64,000 nucleotides of DNA, from positions 43,977-107,976 of the forward strand of contig CAYYPL010000005.1 of assembly GCA_964473555.1 (NCBI GenBank), read 5' to 3'. The notes under the pieces were generated by a model. That model did not search any database and was not told the origin of the DNA. It saw nothing but the letters and a program-made list of their open reading frames with translations. The translations under genes and the position numbers were made by a program. Positions 7,831-14,596 of this stretch are shown here, piece by piece (the stretch's first letter is position 1; every line of letters starts with the position of its first letter). Source of the DNA: an uncultured Chitinophagales bacterium (lineage in GTDB: Bacteria; Bacteroidota; Rhodothermia; Balneolales; HLUCCA01).

Positions 7831-9981
7831 ATGAAAACAATGATTCTACTGATTTTTATTCTGATCACTTCAACCGGAGTGATTTTTGGCGCCTTTCAGA
7901 GTGAAGATCCTCCACCCCGAACATTTCAGGTGCAAGTTCAGGAATTTTATAGCGAAGGGGACGTGATTGCAATCACGTTTGAGACCCCAGACACACTGAA
8001 TATTTATGCACTGGAGGCCGATGTTCTGTTCGACCCTAAATGGTTGACCTACCAGGGTGGGACTACGGTGAGTCCACATGAAGACGCAATGTTTATTGCT
8101 GAAGCACGTGGTCCCAATCATATCGGTGTTGGATTTACACGAACTTCCAGAACAGACTCATCCTGGACCGGATCTATTTTTACGCTTACTTTTCTGGCGA
8201 AAGAAGTGCTCGATTCTACGCTAACTTCCATTAGATTTTTAAACATCCTGGGATATGACAATCTGGGTAATTCACTGGCTGTCAATGCGATGAATCCCGT
8301 TTCGTTTACGATTATTAATGCATCTACCGGGGATGGGGATGATAGTGGTTCGGGTGACGGGGGTAGTGATGATGACGGAAATGACACGGGAGGAAGTGGT
8401 GGATTTGATCCGAATACCGATCCTGAAATTTTGGTAGATGCTTCCTATTTGTGGCAGGTTGTCGTGCAGTACACGTTTAAATTTGAAAACACGACTCCTG
8501 TAAGATCAAATTTTGCAAACCGGCACAGACTCTTTTCTTTGGAAAAAGGAGATTTTACGTACGTGGATGGAACCTATGGAGTGAAACTGCTTCGAAGTAC
8601 CGGTTGGAATGGGGCTTCGGATAAGTCAAAATTTTGGCATACGAGTGTGAATACCCAACATCAGGATAGTGTTCGTCTGCGATGGCAGCAGTATGGATCA
8701 TTGTCTGGTCCTCGCGATTTTTATGTAGAGTACAGACTCGATGAGGTAAACTGGATCAAAGTTCCGAATAGCGACTACTCCATCAACGATTCCAGTACCC
8801 CTGCCAATTCAACATATATTCTGAATTTACCCTCTGAATTAGCCCAAAAAGAGCAGGTTGATTTTCGATGGGTAATGGCATCAGAAGTTAGAATCGATTC
8901 TTCCGGAGCTGCTATTGCATCACAAGGAACGAATATCATGGGAGGGATTTCCATTCAAGGTATCGCAGAAGATAATACGTTCTATGTGCAACGACTCGGT
9001 GATACGAACAATGACGGAAAAACGGATCACACGGATATTTTACCTATCGGTATGTTCTGGAGGTCTGCGGGTACGTTTATGAAGAATCCCCCTCCATCTG
9101 GTTGGATACGTGTCAGCAGGCAACGGTGGTTCCCCCAGGAAGCGATGTATGCCGATACCGATGGCGATGGGTTAGTCAGTCAGTCTGACCTGGCCAGAGT
9201 GGGTCGGTACTACGGCTATACCACCTTGTCAGAACGGGCAGGACCCGATTCGTTCACCCTGATGAAATCAGATGGACTCTCATCCAAACAGAAGTTTCGC
9301 GTATCACTGGCAAAACCTACCTTAATCACGGGACTTTCCGGGCAAATCACTGTTCCGGGTATGGATCCGGATACCTATCGCCTACGTGTAACCAGTCCGG
9401 TACCGGACCTTTTAACCCAGGAAGCGGGTGATCTTGAGGTACTCGATGGTGTACGCCTGTTGGACTGGAGTAAAAAAACGGATGATGGATATGCCTTTGC
9501 ATGGGTTGACCGTTCCATATTTTCAATGAATCGAAAAACCGTAGTGAGTCATCTTCTTGACATTGAAATCGAGCGACTGGATGGTCAACCTATCGAAAAT
9601 ACCCTTGAACTATCTGGCATTTCGATTGTTGAGGCGGGTATTCATCTTAAAACGAATGCACCAATCAAGGTTGAGCAGTTACATCAACGCGGTAACGATG
9701 ATGGAACCCAGTTACCCGGTGAGTTCGACCTGTTACCGGCCTACCCGAATCCGTTTAATCCCTCAACAACGGTTACCTGGACACTTCCCGAAAGCATGAG
9801 CGTTAGATTATCGCTGGTAGACATGCTTGGTCGGGAGGTAATGGTCTTGGCGCAAGGAGAACAACAAGCAGGATATCATCGGATGCAACTCGATGCAAGC
9901 AGACTTGCCAGTGGATTCTATCTGCTTCGATTGCAGGGAGCTGGCATGCAGCGTATCCAAAAAATTGCCCTGGTGAAATAA
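7831..9981 (+). CDS. Secreted T9SS cargo protein with cohesin-like N-terminal domain, two dockerin-like EF-hand repeats and a C-terminal T9SS sorting domain
   Basis: It has a signal peptide (MKTMILLIFILITSTGVIFGA) and a G/D/S-rich linker (STGDGDDSGSGDGGSDDDGNDTGGSGG). Two Ca-binding dockerin-type loops are present (GDTNNDGKTDHTDI and ADTDGDGLVSQSDL). The C-terminus LPAYPNPFNPSTTVTWTL...GFYLLRLQGAG..QKIALVK matches the type A Por secretion tail. Confidence 0.8.
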   Translation: MKTMILLIFILITSTGVIFGAFQSEDPPPRTFQVQVQEFYSEGDVIAITFETPDTLNIYALEADVLFDPKWLTYQGGTTVSPHEDAMFIAEARGPNHIGVGFTRTSRTDSSWTGSIFTLTFLAKEVLDSTLTSIRFLNILGYDNLGNSLAVNAMNPVSFTIINASTGDGDDSGSGDGGSDDDGNDTGGSGGFDPNTDPEILVDASYLWQVVVQYTFKFENTTPVRSNFANRHRLFSLEKGDFTYVDGTYGVKLLRSTGWNGASDKSKFWHTSVNTQHQDSVRLRWQQYGSLSGPRDFYVEYRLDEVNWIKVPNSDYSINDSSTPANSTYILNLPSELAQKEQVDFRWVMASEVRIDSSGAAIASQGTNIMGGISIQGIAEDNTFYVQRLGDTNNDGKTDHTDILPIGMFWRSAGTFMKNPPPSGWIRVSRQRWFPQEAMYADTDGDGLVSQSDLARVGRYYGYTTLSERAGPDSFTLMKSDGLSSKQKFRVSLAKPTLITGLSGQITVPGMDPDTYRLRVTSPVPDLLTQEAGDLEVLDGVRLLDWSKKTDDGYAFAWVDRSIFSMNRKTVVSHLLDIEIERLDGQPIENTLELSGISIVEAGIHLKTNAPIKVEQLHQRGNDDGTQLPGEFDLLPAYPNPFNPSTTVTWTLPESMSVRLSLVDMLGREVMVLAQGEQQAGYHRMQLDASRLASGFYLLRLQGAGMQRIQKIALVK

Positions 9982-10079
9982 GGTAATACCGGGAGGCGGG
10001 CTTTTGCTCGCCTCTCAATATTTGTCTATTTTGAGCCGTTATCATGCTACAGTTTTCGAGGCTCTAAATAGTTTTTCCT

Positions 10080-13000
10080 ATGTGTTTATTTCGTTTGAAT
10101 CCGCTCTGGTTGGGAATCTTATTGGTATTCGGTGCCTGTTCCACATCAAGCAACTTGGTCTTATTTGAGGATCCCGCAACTGGTGAAGCAGTTGAATTGA
10201 CCCAGTGGGATTCGCCCTATAATTATGAAGGTATGAATGACGCTGAGGTATTGACCCACGTTGCAGTAGAGCGCTATGTACACGATCTGTCAAGCGGTGA
10301 ACTCAAAGGCAATGAAACCTTCAACGCTCAAATGCGCATCGATTCGATCCGAGTCCATGAGGGAGATTCACTGATTGTGGTCAGTTTTGATCCCCGTTTT
10401 GCAGAAAACCCGATCCGTCCGGAGACCATTTCCGTCGCCGATTCTGTGATCAGAATGTACCTGCCGGAGTCCTTCAAAGACTTCAGGATCCAGTTATACT
10501 CGATGGGCTATAAACTTGAGGAGTTGGTACCGGTCTATTACACCCGGGGAACCGAGTTAGAGGGAAAATTCAATGAAATCAATCCTATTGCTCCACAACA
10601 AGGTAACAGAGGTACCTCCCAGTCACCCAGTTTTGAGCGAGGAACGGTCTCATCAGATTCCACGGGTCCGGCAATTTTAAGCAGACTGCCAAAAGCCGAT
10701 CCCGCAAGTGACTTTACCTGGATACGCCCATTGGATCGTCCGTGGTCTGCTCCCCAAGGTCTCGACTCACGCCATATCTCTATCTGGCACAGTCATGGAT
10801 GGTACTATAACGCAGTGCTGGACCGTTGGGAATGGCAACGACCACGATTATTCGGTACTGTAGAGGATATGCTCCCTATGGCATTTGTAATTCCCTACAT
10901 CATGCCGATGTTGGAGAATGCAGGTGCGTATGTGTGGAATCCCCGCGAGCGGGACACTCAGCCCCAGGAAGTTGTGGTAGATAACGACCGCGATTTACAA
11001 TCTTTCAATGAAACGGATATACCGGTTAAGGGAAGCGTTTACACCGAAGTATCGTTGTCGGCAGACCACAGCTGGAAGCCTGGTTCTGGTATGGGATTCA
11101 ATCCTCCGGTGGGGCCGATCAACGGACAACGTAATCCATTCCGAGAGGGAACCTATCGTATAGTGACCAGCGATACCGTTGAAACAACGGTTGCACGTTG
11201 GGTGCCTGAGATTCCGGAAACCGGAGATTATGCCGTTTATATCAGTTACTCATCCACCGATAGTAGTGTCACCGATGCCCATTACCGGATATTCCATGCC
11301 GGTGGTCAGACCAACTTCCTGGTGAACCAGCGCATCGCAGGTGGAACCTGGATTTATCTGGGACACTTTAGGTTCGAAGCGGGACGCGAGAATAGAGTGG
11401 AGCTCTCGAATCGAAGTGAGACTGCCGGCCTGGTAGTGTCGGCCGATGGAGTAAGGTTCGGTGGCGGGATGGGAATTGTGGAACGTGGCGGCAGAACGTC
11501 TAACCGGCCCAGGTTTCTGGAGGGGGCACGCTACAATCTTCAGTATTCGGGGATGCCCGATTCCCTGGTCTGGAAACTCAACGAAGCGAACGATTACAAC
11601 GATGATTTTCAGGGAAGAGGGGAGTGGGTGAATTTCCTGCGTGGCGCACCCTATGGACCGAATGTGAATCGTAACTATGGACTCGGGGTGCCCGTCGAGG
11701 TTTCCGTGGCGTTTCATACCGATGCCGGGGTTACCCTCGATGACCGCATCGTCGGGACGCTCGGTATCTACTCGGTTCCAGATATGAATTTCAGCACGGG
11801 GTATCCAGATGGTCGGTCGAGATTGGCAAACCGCGATCTGACCGATCTGATGCAGACCCAGATCGTCCAGGATATTCACGCCCTATACGACACCACCTGG
11901 GTGCGCCGCCGGTTGTGGAACAGTCGCTACAGCGAAGCCGCCCGTCCAAATGTTCCGGCTGTGTTACTGGAACTGCTATCGCACCAGAACATGCGCGATA
12001 TGGAATATGCGATGGATCCGCGTTTCCGATTTGATGTGAGCCGCTCGATATATAAGTCTATAGTCCGATTTGTGGCTTCACAGCACGGACTCGACTATCA
12101 GATTCAGCCTTTACCGGTACATCAACTACGGGCCCATCTCGAAGGGAACTCCGTCCGACTGCAATGGGCGGCGGTCAACGATCCTCTGGAACCAACCGCA
12201 AATCCAGACCGCTTTGTAGTCTATACTCGTATCGAAGACGCTGGCTTCGATAACGGGATGATGGTAACCGATTCTATGGTCGTAATAAACGATCTGGAAC
12301 CAGGTGTCATGTACAGTTTTATGGTCCGTGCAGCCAACGATGGTGGAGTAAGTATGCCCTCAGAGGTCATCACAGTGTTATACCAGGGTAGTGCGTTGAA
12401 TGCAATGGTAGTCAACGGATTTACCCGGATTGGTCCACCGCAGATCATCAAAAAAGGTGATTTCCGTGGCTTTGCCAGCTTCATAGATGCGGGGGTTCCA
12501 GACCGTTACGACATCGGTCACGTGGGTGAGCAGGTAAATTTCAACCTGCACGATGAATGGATCGAAAACGACAATCCTGGTCACGGTATGAGCCTGGGTA
12601 ATATGGAAACAGAGATTTTCGCGGGCAATACCTTCGATTTTGCCCGGATTCATGTCGATGCATTGCGTCAGTCTGGTATGAATGTGGTCACGGTAAGTCA
12701 TTCAGCCGTTGAAGCCGGATTGGTGAGCCCTGCAGGCTATGCTCTCATCGATCTGATCTTAGGCAAACAACGCCAACTACCCAATCAGTCAGGTAGAATG
12801 GATGAAGTGAAAGGCCATGAATTTGAGATTTACGGTCCTGGAATGCAAACTTTACTAACATTGGCGGCCAGAAACTGTGCTGCACTGCTCGTGAGCGGAG
12901 CCCACGTGGGAACCGACCTGATCCATCGACCACAGCCAGACTCGGCAACTCACGCCTTCGCAAAAAATATCCTTCGGTATGATTTTACTGCGAACCATGC

Positions 13001-13328
13001 CTCCCGATCCGGTGTGGTGAGTATCACAGATGGGTCCCAAAATCTGACTCCCGGTGCGCTGCAACCCATTATTCGATTCAACACCCAGTTCAGTCGGGAT
13101 ATGTACCGGGTTGATGCTCCGGACGCTATCAAACCAGTGGGTAATACGGCCAAAACCTGGCTCCGGTACACCGAAAACGAATTCAGTGCAGGAGTCTATT
13201 CCGAGGCCAATAACTACAAAAGTGTGGTTCTTGGATTTCCCTTCGAGACGGTTCTTGGACAACAGGAAAGACATACTTTCATGAATGAGATTCTCACGAA
13301 GCTGGGGATCATGATCAAACAGGACTAA
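10080..13328 (+). CDS. Large surface lipoprotein: golvesin/Xly-type carbohydrate-binding-like domain, MurNAc-LAA (amidase_3)-like domain, FN3 domain
   Basis: 1082 aa with a probable lipobox (LLVFGAC). The segment ETGDYAVYISYSS..AHYRIFHAGGQTNFLVNQRIAGGTWIYLGHFRFEAG matches the golvesin C-terminal-like pattern. VSVAFHTDAG ... PAVLLELLSHQNMRDMEY resembles zinc amidase_3 ligand regions. An FN3-like segment follows (LRAHLEGNSVRLQWAAV...YSFMVRAANDGG). Confidence 0.65.
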   Translation: MCLFRLNPLWLGILLVFGACSTSSNLVLFEDPATGEAVELTQWDSPYNYEGMNDAEVLTHVAVERYVHDLSSGELKGNETFNAQMRIDSIRVHEGDSLIVVSFDPRFAENPIRPETISVADSVIRMYLPESFKDFRIQLYSMGYKLEELVPVYYTRGTELEGKFNEINPIAPQQGNRGTSQSPSFERGTVSSDSTGPAILSRLPKADPASDFTWIRPLDRPWSAPQGLDSRHISIWHSHGWYYNAVLDRWEWQRPRLFGTVEDMLPMAFVIPYIMPMLENAGAYVWNPRERDTQPQEVVVDNDRDLQSFNETDIPVKGSVYTEVSLSADHSWKPGSGMGFNPPVGPINGQRNPFREGTYRIVTSDTVETTVARWVPEIPETGDYAVYISYSSTDSSVTDAHYRIFHAGGQTNFLVNQRIAGGTWIYLGHFRFEAGRENRVELSNRSETAGLVVSADGVRFGGGMGIVERGGRTSNRPRFLEGARYNLQYSGMPDSLVWKLNEANDYNDDFQGRGEWVNFLRGAPYGPNVNRNYGLGVPVEVSVAFHTDAGVTLDDRIVGTLGIYSVPDMNFSTGYPDGRSRLANRDLTDLMQTQIVQDIHALYDTTWVRRRLWNSRYSEAARPNVPAVLLELLSHQNMRDMEYAMDPRFRFDVSRSIYKSIVRFVASQHGLDYQIQPLPVHQLRAHLEGNSVRLQWAAVNDPLEPTANPDRFVVYTRIEDAGFDNGMMVTDSMVVINDLEPGVMYSFMVRAANDGGVSMPSEVITVLYQGSALNAMVVNGFTRIGPPQIIKKGDFRGFASFIDAGVPDRYDIGHVGEQVNFNLHDEWIENDNPGHGMSLGNMETEIFAGNTFDFARIHVDALRQSGMNVVTVSHSAVEAGLVSPAGYALIDLILGKQRQLPNQSGRMDEVKGHEFEIYGPGMQTLLTLAARNCAALLVSGAHVGTDLIHRPQPDSATHAFAKNILRYDFTANHASRSGVVSITDGSQNLTPGALQPIIRFNTQFSRDMYRVDAPDAIKPVGNTAKTWLRYTENEFSAGVYSEANNYKSVVLGFPFETVLGQQERHTFMNEILTKLGIMIKQD

Positions 13329-13494
13329 ACGGATCCCTGTCGGTGGGATCACGCTTCAAAAGGTTGAGTCATCAGGGACCCGCTCAACGTGATTTGGATC
13401 CTTTTTGGTAAAAAACACTCGATAATCGTTCTCTTATCGGACGAACTTCTTATATTTTTCAGGAATCTGGAACTTAATTAAATAGACTGTATTT

Positions 13495-14508
13495 ATGAAA
13501 ATTTTGGTCACTGGAGGCCTTGGATACATCGGATCACACACCGTGGCTGAACTGTATCGAAATGGTCACGAAGCTGTAATCATCGACGATCTGTCCAACT
13601 CGACTCTGGACGTCTTGCCTGCGATCGAGAAATTGACAGGGACAAAAATTCCCTTTTATCAGATCGACATACTCCATGAATCGGGGCTGGAGCGCATCTT
13701 TGAACAGGAATTTCCGATCGATGGAATCATCCATTTTGCCGCGAAGAAATCCGTTTCAGAGTCTCTGGACGAGCCGTTGATCTACTATGAAAACAATATC
13801 AAAGGACTCCTGAATATCATGCGATTAGTAGAGGATTTCAACGTACCCTACCTCGTATTTTCCAGTAGTTGTACAGTCTATGGACAGCCTGAAAGCGTGC
13901 CGGTATCTGAGTCTACGCCAACAACCCGTTCTGTTACACCCTACGGTAACTCCAAGCTCATCGCTGAAATGATGCTGGAAGAGTACACCAGGCTTCGAAA
14001 AAATCTTGGTACCGTAATGCTCAGGTATTTCAATCCGGTAGGCGCCCATGAGTCGGCTTTGATCGGGGAGCTTCCACGCGGAGTCCCGGCCAACCTGATG
14101 CCGTTTATTACCCAAACAGCAGCGGGAGTCAGAGATACCCTGAAAGTTTTCGGATCCGATTACGATACCCGTGACGGTACCGCCATCCGTGACTACATCC
14201 ACGTGGTGGATTTGGCTGATGCCCATGTGAAAGCGATCGAATGGTTGCAAAAGCATCCCGGCGAGGTAGAATTTTTCAATATAGGCACAGGAAACGGACA
14301 GACAGTGCTTGAAGTCATTGATTCCTTTGAGCGCAGTACGGGTCAGAAGTTGAAATATGAACTGGTCGCGCGTCGTCAGGGTGACATTGAGCAGATTTGG
14401 GCCGACACCACCAAAGCTGACCAGGTTTTAGGCTGGAAAGCGAAGCGATCTCTCGACGAAATGACGAAAAGTGCATGGGAGTGGGAGAAAACGCTACGGG
14501 AAAAATAG
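13495..14508 (+). CDS. galE: UDP-glucose 4-epimerase
   Basis: 337 aa with MKILVTGGLGYIGSHT (GxxGxxG) and the YGNSK catalytic YxxxK. Full-length collinearity with GalE (..RYFNPVGAH.., ..DGTAIRDYIHVVDLA..). Confidence 0.95.
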   Translation: MKILVTGGLGYIGSHTVAELYRNGHEAVIIDDLSNSTLDVLPAIEKLTGTKIPFYQIDILHESGLERIFEQEFPIDGIIHFAAKKSVSESLDEPLIYYENNIKGLLNIMRLVEDFNVPYLVFSSSCTVYGQPESVPVSESTPTTRSVTPYGNSKLIAEMMLEEYTRLRKNLGTVMLRYFNPVGAHESALIGELPRGVPANLMPFITQTAAGVRDTLKVFGSDYDTRDGTAIRDYIHVVDLADAHVKAIEWLQKHPGEVEFFNIGTGNGQTVLEVIDSFERSTGQKLKYELVARRQGDIEQIWADTTKADQVLGWKAKRSLDEMTKSAWEWEKTLREK

Positions 14509-14532
14509 TGTCATAACTAGTTATTTTACTTA

Positions 14533-14590
14533 GCGTTTTCCGTTTTCCGTTCTCCGTTTTCCGTTCTCCGTTCTCAGTTCTCTGTTTTCC
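14533..14590. repeat. Heptanucleotide tandem array CCGTTTT/CCGTTCT (8 units)
   Basis: The sequence is GCGTTTT CCGTTTT CCGTTCT CCGTTTT CCGTTCT CCGTTCT CAGTTCT CTGTTTT. It starts 25 nt after the galE stop and ends 7 nt before the start of the GT-C gene. It is related to the CCGTTTTCTGT units at 17233..17289 on the other side of that gene. Confidence 0.85.
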
Positions 14591-14596
14591 ATATAT

